A stretch of DNA of 64,000 bases from the human T2T-CHM13v2.0 reference genome, Homo sapiens, in assembly GCF_009914755.1 (NCBI RefSeq), contig NC_060936.1. One strand, given 5' to 3'. Positions 17,183 to 33,045 of this stretch are shown piece after piece (position 1 is the stretch's first letter; each line of letters opens with the position of its first letter). The notes beneath the pieces are model-generated. The model was given only the letters and a program-made list of their open reading frames with translations, was not told the DNA's origin and did no database searches. The position numbers and the translations under genes are program-made.

Positions 17183-20100
17183 CTCCTAGCCAGAGCAATC
17201 AGACAAGAGACACAAATAAAGGGCATCCAAATTGGTAAACAAGAAGTCAAAGTGTTGCTGTTTGTTGATGATATTATTGTATACCTAGAAAACCCTAAAG
17301 ACTCATCCAAAAAGCTCCTAGATCTGATAAATGAGTTCAGCAAAGTTTCAGGATACAAAATCGATGTACACAAATCAGTAGCACTACTATACACCAACGG
17401 CCAAGTTGAGAATCAAATCAAGAACTCAACCCCTTTTACAACAGCTGCAAAAAAAATAAAATATTTAGTAATATACCTAATCAAGGAGATGAAAGGTCTC
17501 TACAAGGAAAACTACAAAACACTGCTGAAAGAAATCATAGACAACACAAACAAATGGAAACACATCCCATGTTCATGGATGGGTAGAATCAATATTGTGA
17601 AAATGGTGATACTGCCAAAAGCAATCCACAAATTCACTGCAATTCCCATCAAAATTCTAACATTGTTCTTAACAGAACTAGAAAAAACAAACCTCAAATT
17701 CATATGGAACCAGAGAAGACCCTGCATAGCCAAGGCAAGACTAAGCAAAAAGAACAAATCTGGAGGCATCACATTACCTGACTTCAAACTATGCTACAAG
17801 GCTATAGTTACCAAAACAGCATGATTCTGGTATAAAAATAGGCAAATAGACCAATGGAACAGAATAGAAAACCCAGAAATAGAGCCAGATATTTACAGCT
17901 AACTGACCTTGGACAAAGCAAACAAAAACATAAAGTCGGGAAAGGACACCCTATTCAACAAATAGTGCTGGGATAATTGACAAACCACATGTAGAAGAAT
18001 TGAGCTTGATATGGTTAGGCTTTGTGTCCCCACCCAAATCTCATCTTGAATTGTAGTCTCCACAATCCCCATAATCCCCACATGTCATGGGAGAGACCAG
18101 GTGGAGGTAACTGAATCATGAGGGTGGTTGGCCCCATGCTGTTCTCGAGATAGTGAGTTTTCACAAGATCTGATGGTTTTATAAGGGTATCCCCCTTATA
18201 AAATGGTTTTATAAGACGTATCCCCCTTTGCTTGATACTTCTCCTTTCTGCTGTCTTCTAAAGAAGGTGCCTTGCTTCCCCTTTGCCTTCTGCCATGATT
18301 ATAAGTTTCCTGAGGCCTCCCCAGCCATGCTGAACTGAGTCAATTAAACCTCTTTCCCTTATAAATTACCCAACCTCAGGCAGATCTTTATAGCAGTATG
18401 AAAACGGATGAATACAGTAAATTGGTATTGAGATAGTGAGGCACTTCTATAAAGATACCCAAAAATGTGGAAGCAACTTTAGAACTGGGTAACAGGCAGA
18501 GACTAAAAGAGTTTGGAGGGCTCAGACAAAGATAGAAGGATGTGGGAAAGTTTAGAACTTCCTAGGGACTTGTTGAATGGCTCTGACCAAAATGCTGATA
18601 ATGATATGGACAAAGAAGTCTAGGCAAGGTGGTCTCTGATGGAGATGAGGAACTTGTTGTGAACTGGAATAAAGGTGACTCTTGCTATGCTTTAGCAAAG
18701 AGGCTAGTAGTATTTTGCCCCTGCCCTAGAGAACTGTGGAACTTTGAACTTGATTGAGATGATTTAGGGTATCTGGCAGAAGAAATTTCTAAGCAGCAAA
18801 GTGTTCAAGATGTCACTTGGGTGCTCTTAAAAGCACTCAGTTTTATGCATTCACGAAGAGACGTTTTGAAACTGGAACTTATGTTTAAAAGGAAAGCAGA
18901 GCATACAAGTTTGGAAAATTTGCAGCCTGACAATGCGATAGAAAAGAAAAATCCATTTTCTGAGAAGAAATTCAAGCCAGCTGCAGAAATTTGCATAAGT
19001 AACAAGGAGCCAAATGTTAATAGTCAAAACAATGGGGAAAATGTCTCCAGGGCATGTCAGATGTCTTTACAGCAGCCCCTCCCATCACAGGTCCAGAGGC
19101 CTAGGAGGAAAAAATGGTTTTGTGGGCCAGGCCCAGGGCCTTGCTACTTTGTGCTGTCTTGGGACTTGGTGCCCTGTTTCCCAACTGTGACTAAAAGGGG
19201 CCAATGTACAGCTCAGGCTGTGGCTTCAGAGGGTGCAAGCCTCAAGCCTTGGTGGCTTCCATGTGGTTTTGGGCCTGTAAGTGCAAAGAAGTTAATAATT
19301 GAGGTTTGGGAACCTCTGCCTGGATTTCAGAAGATGTGTGGAAATGCCTAGATGCCCAGGCAGACGTTTGCTGCAGGGGTGAAGCCCTCATGGAGAAATT
19401 ATGCTAGAGCAGTGCAGAAGGGAAATGTGGGGTTAGAGCCCCCAGACAGACTCCCCACAGGTGCACTGCCTAGTGGAGCTGTGAGAAGAGGGCCACCATC
19501 CTCTAGACCCCAGAATGGTAGATCCACTGACAGCTTGCACCATGCACCTGGAAAAGCTGCAGACACTCAATGCCAGCCTGTGAAAGCAGCTGAGGGGCAG
19601 GGTGGGGGAGGTGACTGTACGCTGCAAAGCCACAGGGGCAGACTTGCCCAAGGATGTGGGAACCCAACTCTTGCATCAGCGTGACCTGGATGTGAGACAC
19701 GGAGTCAAAGGACATCATTTTGGAGCTGATTTGACTCCATGATTTGACTGTCCTACTGGATTTCAGACTGGCTTGTAGCCTGCAGCCCCTTTGTTTTGGC
19801 CGATTTCTCCTATTTGCAATGGGTGGCATTTACCCAATGCCCATACCCCCATTGTATCTAGGAAGTAACTAACTTGCTTCTGATTTTACAGACTCATAGG
19901 CAGAAGGGACTTGCCTTGTCTCAGATAAGACTTTGGACTTGGACTTTTGGGTTAATGCTGAAATAAGACTTTGGGGGACCGTTGGGAAGGCATGATTGGT
20001 TTTGAAATGTGAAAGGGACATGAGATTTGGGAGGGGCCAGTGGTGGAATGATAGATACAGTTAGGCTTTGTGTCCCACCCAAATCTCATCTTGAATTATA

Positions 20101-21198
20101 ATCCCCATAATCCGCATGTGTCAAGGGAGAGACCAGGTGGAGGTAACTGGATCAAAGGGGTGGTTCCCCCATGCTGTTCTCATGATAGTGAGTGACTTTT
20201 CATGAGATCTGATGGTTTTATAAGAGATTCCTCCCTTTTCACTCAACACTTCTCCTTCCTGCTGCCTTGTGAAGAAGGTGCTTTGCTTCCCCTTCCCCTT
20301 CCACCATAATTGTAAGTTTCCTGAGGCTTCCCCAGCCATGCTGAACTGTGAGTCAATTAAATCTCTTTCTTTTATAAATTACCTAGTCTCCAGCAGTGCT
20401 TTATAACACTGTTTTAGTCCATTTATGAAAATGGACTGATAAAGCACTTTATAGTCCATTTATGAAAACAGACTAATACAGAGCTAGATCCTCATGTCTC
20501 ACCTTATTCAAAAATCAACCTAAGATGGATCAATGACTTAAACCTAAGACCTGAAACTGTAAAACTTCTGGAAGATAACATTGGAAAAACTCTTGTAGAC
20601 ATTGGCTTAGGCAAAGAGTTCATGACCAGGAAACCAAAAGCAAATACAACAAAAACAAAGATAAATAGATGGGACCTGATTAAACTAAAAAGCTTCTGCA
20701 CAGCAAAAGAAATAATCATCAGAGTAAATAGACAACCTACAGAGTGGGAGAAAATATCTGCAAACTACGCATCTGACAAAGGACTAATATCCAGAATCTA
20801 CAATAAAATCAAATAAATCAGCAAGAAAAAAAGCAAATAATTCCATCAAAAATTGGGCAAAGGATATGAATAGACAATTCTCAAAAGAATATACAAATGG
20901 CCAACAAACATATGAAAAAATGCTAAACATCACAAATTATCAGGGAAATGCAAATTAAAACCACAATAAATACCACCTTACTGCTGCAAGAATGGTCTTA
21001 ATAAAACAATAAAAAATAATAGATGTCGGCATGGGTGTGGTGAAAAGGGAACACCTTTACACTGGTGGTGGGAATGTAAACTAATATGACCAGTATGGAA
21101 AACAGTATGGAGATTCTTTAAAGAACTAAGAATAGAACCACTATTTGGTCTAGCAATCCCAGAGGTATCTACCCAGGGGAAAATATGTCATTATAAGA

Positions 21199-21231
<33 letters not shown>

Positions 21232-21351
21232 AACACTTGCACATGCATGTTTATAGCAGCACAATTTGCAATTGCAAAAATATGGAACCAGCCTAACTAT
21301 CCATCAACCAAGTGAATAAAGAAAATGTGGTACATATATATATATATACAT

Positions 21352-21385
<34 letters not shown>

Positions 21386-21757
21386 CATGGAATCCTACTC
21401 AGCCATAAAAATGAACAAAATAATGGCATTTGCTGCAACCTGGATGAAACTGGAGACTATTATTCTAAGTGAAGTAACTCAGGAATGGAAGACCAAACAT
21501 CATGATGTTCTCACTTACAAGCAGAAGCTAAGCTATGAGGACAGAAGGCATAAGAATGATAAAATGGAGTTTGGGACTCAGGGGGAAGGGTGGGAGAGGG
21601 GTGAGGAATAAAAAGACTACACGTTGGGTACAGTGTACCCTGCTCAGGTGATGGCTGCACCAAAATCTCAGAAATCACCACTAAAGAACTTTTCCATGCA
21701 ACCAAACACCACCTGTTCCTCCCAAACTGTTGAAATAAAAATAAATTTAAAATTTAA
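17183..21757 (+). mobile_element. 5'-truncated L1 (L1PB-like; RT to 3'UTR) interrupted by a THE1 provirus
   Basis: ORF 17252-17824 ([21 protein letters not shown]...[18 protein letters not shown]) is L1 ORF2. TSD aagaatttc at 17174-17182 and 21758-21766. Confidence 0.9.
18007..20480 (+). mobile_element. Full-length MaLR (THE1D-like): LTR 18007-18416, internal region, LTR about 20049-20480
   Basis: Two related LTRs (tgatat...ttaggctttgtgtccc...aataca), MaLR internal ORF remnants 18821-19684, 5-bp TSD GAGCT at 18002-18006 and 20481-20485. Confidence 0.9.
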
Positions 21758-21825
21758 AAGAATTTCTTAAGAAGATACCACATTCTTTATGGTAGCTTCA
21801 TGAGAAGCTACCATAAAGGATGTGA

Positions 21826-22173
<348 letters not shown>

Positions 22174-22185
22174 TGACAAAGGATT

Positions 22186-22592
22186 TGTAGGAAAACAGCT
22201 GTTGAATGGCAAGAGTGATGTCATCTTGAAGCAAAACCACCATAATGACTGATATTTGACTCCTGCATGCCAAGGTATTCTGCAGCAATGTCTTTAAACA
22301 ATACCCTTAGTAGAGATAACTCCTCATAAAGATGTATATCTAACCTACCCAGTTGTCACAAGTTCCATAAGAAAGTCAGATGTGACCAGCTGCACATCTT
22401 AACCCTAAAAGCTTGCTATCTATACTTTCTGGAGGTTGGGTGCCCTCTCTCAGCTACCAGAGACATTACTTCTAAGTCCCTATTAAATATTTCTGAGAAA
22501 CTGGATTTGTCAGCCTCTTTCCTTGTCCTATTGGCTCCCTCAAGCCTTTGGGGGTAGGTTTGCATAGACCTGCTCACCATGGAACAGGAACA
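22186..22592 (+). mobile_element. Solo LTR (possibly LTR47-like)
   Basis: TG...CA termini, ATTAAA signal, 5-bp TSD GGATT at 22181-22185 and 22593-22597. Confidence 0.7.
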
Positions 22593-22911
22593 GGATTATT
22601 ATCCGGACCTATAAAAATCTCTTATGATTCAATATGTGAATCTCATGATGGCAAGGACTTTTGTTTTGTGTTCTGTTATAGCCTAAGCTCTTACAACAGG
22701 GTCTGGCATGGAGAAGGCAGTCAATGAAATCAACATGCAAAGACAAAGATGAGCAAATAAATGACATAAATTGGTACTCAACATGAAATAGTCAATGAAT
22801 GTTCCCTAAAATATGAAAAGATATTCAAATACTCAAACTCATTCAAAATCAGAAAAACGCAAACTAAAACCACAATTCCCAACTCCTGCCCACAAGATAG
22901 GTAAAAAATTA

Positions 22912-23275
<364 letters not shown>

Positions 23276-23404
23276 AAAAGCATCGGTGAAGACATGAGCA
23301 ATGGGAACATTTATATGTTGCTAGTTGATGAGTATGTATATGTGTATATATATGTGTGTATACGTATATATGGGTGTGTGTATATATCTGTATATATATA
23401 ATAA

Positions 23405-23781
<377 letters not shown>

Positions 23782-24061
23782 TAATCCTACCACTAGTATG
23801 TAGTCCAGAGAGACTCATCTCATATGCATAGTAGTATTAGTTGTAATAGAAAAAACCTGGAAATAATGCAAATATCCATCAATAATAGATTCCAAAGTAG
23901 ATAAATACATTGTGGCATATGCATATGATGTGTGGGAGAGAGTAAATGAATTGCAGTTAGATAACCACAGAAGTGAATGTAAAGAACCTAATGCTGAGTA
24001 AAAAAACAAAAACTAGCTGCAAAAGAAAATTTATCATATGATTCCATTTATATAAAGCTCA

Positions 24062-24518
24062 TGTAATGATTAATCTTATGTGTCAACCTAATGGGGCTAA
24101 GGGATATCCAGATGGCTGGTAATCACAACTTCTGGGAGTATCTGTGAGGGTGTTTCCGTAAGAGATGTGCATTGGAATCAGGAGAATGAGCAAAGAAGAT
24201 TGTTCTCGCCACTGTAGGTGGGCATCATCTAATCTGTTGATGTCCCCAGCAGAACAAAAAGGTGAAAGAAGGACAAATTATTTCTCTTGAGCTGGGACAT
24301 CTTCTCTTGTCCTCAGACATCAACACTCCTGGGTCTCAGGCCTTCAGACTCAGACTGAATCACACTGCCAGCTTTTCCTGTTTCTCCAGCTTGCAGATGG
24401 CAGACTGTGGGATTTCTCAGCCTCCGTAATTATGTGAGCCAATCCCTAAAATCTCTCTTTCTCTTTTTTTTTCCTCACTCTCCTGTTGGTTCTGTTTCTC
24501 TGGAGAACCCTGAGTAAT
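24062..24518 (+). mobile_element. MLT2 (ERVL) solo LTR
   Basis: tgtaatgattaatcttatgtgtcaac...ttggttctgtttctctggagaaccctga, matching MLT2 termini. Confidence 0.8.
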
Positions 24519-24561
24519 AAAGTTCAAAAACATGCAAAACTAAAAAATATATTGTTTAAAG

Positions 24562-24752
24562 CAGTGCTGTATAATAGAACTCTTCACAACGGTGGAAATA
24601 TTCTACAACTATGCTGCCCAGTATGGTAACAAGTGTCATGTGGCTACTGAGCACTTAAAATATGGCTAATGTGACTGAGGAACTGAATTTTTATTTAATT
24701 TAAATTTGAACTTAAATTGTCACATGTGGTGAGGGGCTACCATACTGTACGG
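24562..24752. mobile_element. MER3-like hAT DNA transposon
   Basis: cagtgctgtataatagaac...atgtggctactgagcacttaaaatatggcta. Confidence 0.7.
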
Positions 24753-25210
24753 CAAGGTTTATAACGAGAATAAATGAAATAAATACAAAATCCAGAATAT
24801 TGGTTACTTCTGAGAGAAAAATAAAGACAGAATGAGGGAGAGATACACAGGGGATTTCAAAAGCAAAAATAATCTTCTTTTTCTTAAATGGGTATTCTTC
24901 TACTGTTATTCTTTAAACTGAGCATATATTTTATAAATATCCTTTTATATGTATTAAATATTCAATAAAACAAATGTAGTGAATGGGGTGGTGTATACAT
25001 GGATGTTTGTACTGTTATTAAATTCTGTGTAATCAAATAGTTTTATTTTCATAATTGCTAGCACTGAGACATGCCCCAGGTGGGAGGATAAAGCCTCCCC
25101 AAAGCCCAGGCCCCAAGCCCTGGTACTAATGCTCTTGTCCTCCATAACCATGGATCTTAAGCTTTCACTTGGAAAGGAGAGGTAGGATGTTTTGTTTTGA
25201 GGCTCACTTA

Positions 25211-25543
<333 letters not shown>

Positions 25544-25697
25544 GTAATGGGATGAAGTTGGTTAAGCTAAGAGAGCTTCTGTGGACAAGGTCTCTTTTTC
25601 TGAGAGGAGAAATAAAGTCCTGCTTCTATTCTTAAAAATTAACAAAAACCAACAAAATTTTTAAAAAACAAAGATGGGAATAAAAGGTGAAGAAGTA

Positions 25698-25826
25698 GGC
25701 TGGGTGCGGTGGCTCACACCTGTAATCCCAACACTTTGGGAGGCTGAGGTGGATGGATTTCTTCAGGCCAGGAGTTTGAAACCAGCCTGGGCAATGTAGA
25801 CCTTGTCTCTACTAAAAGAAAAAAAG
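25698..25826 (+). mobile_element. Alu monomer (FLAM-like)
   Basis: Single arm with A tail. Confidence 0.75.
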
Positions 25827-25946
25827 TTGAGGAAGTGGAAAGTAGAAACTGTAATTGTAAACAACTTCTTGGGTGAAATTTTGCTATAGAGGAAAGTAGG
25901 GGATATAAAGTCAATTGAAGATTTTTCTAAGGTGGGAGAAACCAGA

Positions 25947-26500
25947 TGTATTATCTGTTGCTGCGTAACAAATTATCCCAAAATGCAGTAGCTTAGAACA
26001 ACAAAAATTTATCTCGTATTTTCTGTGGGTCAGAACTTTTAAGTGTAGTTTGGCTGGGTGTCTCTGACTTAAGGTCTCTCATGAGGTTGCAGTTAGGGTG
26101 TCAGCCAGCACTGTGGTCTCATCTGAAGGTGTGATCGGGGAAGATCTGCCTCTAAGCAGATCATGCGGTGTTGCATGATTCAGCTTTTCGTGGCTGTTCA
26201 ACTGAGGACTTCAGTTCCTCAATGGCTCTTGCTGGCAGCCTCTCTACAGGGCCACAGGGCAGCTTACAACATGGCAGCAGCTTTACCTTAGAGCAACAGG
26301 ACTGCAGAGAGTGCTCAGGACAGAAGTCACAATCTTTTTATAACCTAATCTTGAAAGTGGTAGCCCATCACCTCTACTTTCTATTTACTAGAAGTGAGTC
26401 ACGAAATCCAGCCAACACTAAAGGAGAGGGAACTGACTAAGGCTGTGAATACCAGGAGACAGGGTTCATTGGCGGGCATTTTGTAGGCTACCTACCATAC
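25947..26500 (-). mobile_element. MLT1-type MaLR LTR
   Basis: tgtattatctgttgctgcgtaacaaatta...ttctgtgggtcag, a typical reverse MLT1 end. Confidence 0.7.
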
Positions 26501-26622
26501 CAGAGGATATTTGTCTGCAGATAGGAGTGATCCCACCAAAGACAGGAAATGACAATGCAGGAGAGGAGAAAAGGCAGAGGAAATCCAGGAAGAAGACCTC
26601 TGCAGTTATTGATCCACTGCCT

Positions 26623-26970
26623 TTTTCATTTTATTTGGAGAGATGGGGTCTTGCTTTGTTGCCCAGGCTGGAGTGCTGTGGCTATTCACAGGCATGATCT
26701 CACTACCAATCAACACAGGAATTTTGATCAACTCCATTTCCAGTCTGGGCCAGTTACCCCTCCTTAGGCAACCTGGTGGTTCCCCACTACCCGAAGGTCA
26801 CCATATTGATGCCAAACTTAGTTGACCAGTTGACATAGCATACTACAGTCCAGAACTCCTGGGCTCAAGCAATCCTCCTGCCTCAGCCTCCTGAGTAGTA
26901 AAACTAAAAAATATATTGTTTAAAGCAGTGCTGTATAATAGAACTACAGGCATGTGCCACCGTGCCCAGC
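26623..26970 (-). pseudogene. 7SL (SRP RNA) processed pseudogene
   Basis: Alu-like ends flank reverse-complement S-domain sequence (ccttaggcaacctggtgg...ggtcaccatattgatgcc). T-rich tail at the left. TSD CCACTGCCT at 26614-26622 and 26971-26979. Confidence 0.88.
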
Positions 26971-27625
26971 CCACTGCCTGTGTCACTGCTATTTGATGAC
27001 TTGGCTGCATATACTTGCTTTATGAGTATGTTAAACCTCTACTATCTGTCATAGCAAGACCCGTCATCCTTATCATGTTGGCTATGGGTTTAAAAAAAGA
27101 AAAAAAAAAGTCATCTTGCCTTGTTTACAAAGGCATACACAATCTGACCACATCTCACACACACAGAAATACACACACCCCAACTGTGTTTTTCTCCTCC
27201 TAATATCACCTTCCACTAAAATATCTGGGGAATAAGGACTTTGTTTCTTGTCAGCCCTCAGAGATCAGCTCATGCTGCAATTTGTTTCTCCAATATCACC
27301 TCCTCCACCCCAATTTCGGCACAGCTCTGAGACTCTGCTCCCTTCCCCACATGTTACCATGTGTAAGCCCCAAACTCATATACTCCTTTTATCTAATGCT
27401 GCCAACTGCACCAGCCTCGGAAGGATGGTATGAGCAAGGCAACTGTCCTTTTATTGACCTCTACTTTAACTCTCCACCACCTCACCAACTTCCCACAGCC
27501 CACACGGTCTTCTTATTACTGAAGGTGTTGGGTTAACAAAGGCAAAGTTCAGTATAGGTCAAGATAGGAATGACAGAACAATTTAAAACTGAACATTAGG
27601 TATCACTCTTAAAAACTCTGGGTTA

Positions 27626-27982
27626 TGTTAAAGAAAAATTATTCAGTGATACTCATTAAAGCACAGCAAGGCAGACTTTATTCAGGACCATCCAGATAGG
27701 GATAGGGACCATGGCAATGGGATTTTGTAATGGGTAGAGGGACTGGGCTAAAATCCAAACAGAGCAGAGCCAAGGGAGAATTTACAGCCACGGAGCAGGA
27801 GAGACGTGTCAGTGGATGGAAAATTACTAAGAGGTAGCATCAGGAGTAATGGCATTCCGCCTAACCGACCTAACAGGATTCTTGCTGGACAGGCCAGGGT
27901 GATCAGACATCACCTGGGGGATAGTGGTGGATGAGGAAGCCGATCAGACCTTGAGGGTGAGGGGTTCTTTCTAAACTGACCT
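27626..27982 (-). mobile_element. MER31-like ERV1 LTR fragment abutting the TMPRSS12 promoter
   Basis: tgttaaagaaaaattattcagtgatac...gactttattcaggacca, with AATAAA on the minus strand. Confidence 0.65.
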
Positions 27983-27989
27983 ACCTATT

Positions 27990-28310
27990 CCTCGGCCGCC
28001 TCCCACACCTCCGGGCCTCACTCGCGCCTCCCCGCCAGGCCGTGCGCCCCGCGTGCCCAGGGCGGGTGGGAAGTACCTGCCGCCATCTTGCTCACCAGCC
28101 TCCAAAATGCGGCTGGGGCTCCTGAGCGTGGCGCTGTTGTTTGTGGGGAGCTCTCACTTATACTCAGACCACTACTCGCCCTCTGGAAGGCACAGGCTCG
28201 GCCCCTCGCCGGAACCGGCGGCTAGTTCCCAGCAGGCTGAGGCCGTCCGCAAGAGGCTCCGGCGGCGGAGGGAGGGAGGGGCGCATGCAAAGGGCAGTAC
28301 CTGTTCGTGC
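27990..28310 (+). promoter_or_regulatory. TMPRSS12: TMPRSS12 small CpG-rich promoter/exon 1 region with GC-box-like, ETS-like and YY1 motifs
   Basis: Locally high GC and CpG. GGGCGGGTGGG at about 28060, GGAAGT at about 28069, GCCGCCATCTTG (YY1 consensus) at 28079-28090, all just upstream of the ATG at 28107. Confidence 0.65.
28107..28293 (+). CDS. TMPRSS12: TMPRSS12 exon 1 coding part (signal peptide and polybasic propeptide)
   Basis: MRLGLLSVALLFVGSSHLYSDHY...RKRLRRRREGGAHAK followed by G. Phase-1 join to exon 2 (G|AT = Asp). The donor is non-canonical or weak: GC at 28294 or GT at 28297. Confidence 0.88.
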
Positions 28311-28439
28311 CTGTCTCTGGGGAGCCTCTCTTACCTTTTCCCCACCGCTATAGTCTTTGAATTCGGGTTTCTCCTTTTCTGTTGTCCCAATGGCCTTTAA
28401 CCAAAATTTTACATACCTAAGCAGTTTCTAGACCGGCTG

Positions 28440-28690
28440 TAATAACAGTAGTTGTAATAGTGAAATGACACATTTGTATTGTGAATCTGTATTTTCTCCT
28501 CAAAACATTCTGGGTTTTATCATCCCCATTTTATAGATTAATAAGTCAGGGGATAAAGAGTTGAAAGGGAGGGCTATTAGGTGACCATTTCATACTATAG
28601 TTGAGAAAAATTAGCCCAACAAGTGAAATGGTGAGCATTAGAATTTGCGGCTCTCGACTCACCGTTCCCAGGCTCTTTAACTGCTATTTC
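28440..28690. mobile_element. MIR fragment
   Basis: catccccattttatagat... MIR core motif. Confidence 0.5.
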
Positions 28691-28983
28691 ACACAGGGAA
28701 GAATGTGATACGTGGCCAAAAATTTTTATTTTTATATTTTTGGGGAATAGAGTTTTAAAATTAATGAATTGTGTTGACTTCATGTCTATTTGTAAGTAAT
28801 CGATTATGGCATATTTGTCTTAACTCTCCAAGTTTCTTTCAAAATATGGGCGTGTCTCCGGTATGTTAGCTTGCTTTGTGTTTTTAACATAGGAATTTAA
28901 AGGATTGCATTAATATGTTCAGCTTAGGAAGTAACACATACTATAGATGCTCAGTCCAAATAATATATCATTTTTATTTTTAG

Positions 28984-29179
28984 ATTGTGGAACAGCACCG
29001 CTTAAGGATGTGTTGCAAGGGTCTCGGATTATAGGGGGCACCGAAGCACAAGCTGGCGCATGGCCGTGGGTGGTGAGCCTGCAGATTAAATATGGCCGTG
29101 TTCTTGTTCATGTATGTGGGGGAACCCTAGTGAGAGAGAGGTGGGTCCTCACAGCTGCCCACTGCACTAAAGACGCTAG
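28984..29179 (+). CDS. TMPRSS12: TMPRSS12 exon 2 (activation site R|IIGG, catalytic His motif)
   Basis: tttttag|AT acceptor and AG|GTACGT donor. Reads [33 protein letters not shown]...CGGTLV...WVLTAAHC, typical of the S1A trypsin family. Confidence 0.96.
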
Positions 29180-29338
29180 GTACGTATTCAGAACACAACT
29201 ATTTTTATGCTCTTAGGGGATATTTTGAAGTGATAGAGGACCATTTAACTTCAGCCATTTTCAGCTAAGCTATGTTTGCAAATAGCCATAATGCCTTATA
29301 TATAGTACAGTGTATTTGTTGAAAGGAATCCTTTATTT

Positions 29339-29823
<485 letters not shown>

Positions 29824-29829
29824 TAAATT

Positions 29830-30250
<421 letters not shown>

Positions 30251-30259
30251 CTTTGAAAA

Positions 30260-30900
30260 AGAGACTCTCTTTGCTTCATCTCCATTGACCCATAAAATCC
30301 AACTGCAGTCTGATTTTTGTGGCCAAATGCTGTTAAAGATCCACCTCCATGCCAAATCCAATGACTTCATCTCAGTTCCCATCCTTTTTGACCTCTACAG
30401 CCTTTGGCAATGTTGACCACATTCTCTTCTTGAAATTATCTCTTTTCTTGATTTCTAAGACACCATTCTCTACTTTTTTCTCCTGCTTCTTTGATGAGTC
30501 TTTGTCATCCTTTACATTGCAGTGTTTTCTAGAGTTTGCCCTCTGCCCTCTGTCATTCTGTACTCTTTCCTAGAGATGTCTAATCTACCTCTGTTTCAGC
30601 AAACACCATGTGCTGTCAACTCCTAGGTCTCTCCTGATGAGTCATATTTCCAGCTTTATTGGAGTCACATTTTAAATAAGTCCAAAATGGAATTTACTTT
30701 CCTCTGATACTATTTCTTCTCTATTTTCTCAGTTGATAGCATCATCAACAGCTCCATTACCCAGAGAGTTATCTAATTTCTCCCACTTCAGCTATCCAAG
30801 TAGTCTCCAAGGCCTGTGAAGGCTCTCTGTGCAGTATCTTACATTTGCTTCTTCTGTCCCTCCACCCTCCCTACTGATTAAAAGTACATCCAGAATATCA
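30260..30900. mobile_element. L2 fragment
   Basis: ctccatgccaaatccaatga...ttgacctctacagcctttggcaatgttgaccac, an L2 motif. Confidence 0.6.
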
Positions 30901-30944
30901 GTCTCTATATTCCTAGCTTATGACTTATCATACTTATATTTACA

Positions 30945-32596
<1,652 letters not shown>

Positions 32597-32662
32597 CTTT
32601 TGTTTTTTTTATTTTTATTTATTTTTATTTTTTATGAGAGGGAGTTTCGCTCTTGTTGCCTA

Positions 32663-33045
<383 letters not shown>

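Noticed and set aside
18821-19684. 176-aa and 110-aa ORFs
   Set aside because: They are MaLR internal-region remnants split by a stop codon.
28053-28106. In-frame upstream GTG extension of TMPRSS12
   Set aside because: The ATG at 28107 has A at -3 and directly starts the signal peptide; the GTG may lie upstream of the TSS.
28947-28983. ATG start of ORF 28947-29216, and likewise 43940
   Set aside because: The first is intronic sequence and the second an internal Met; splice sites define the true exons.
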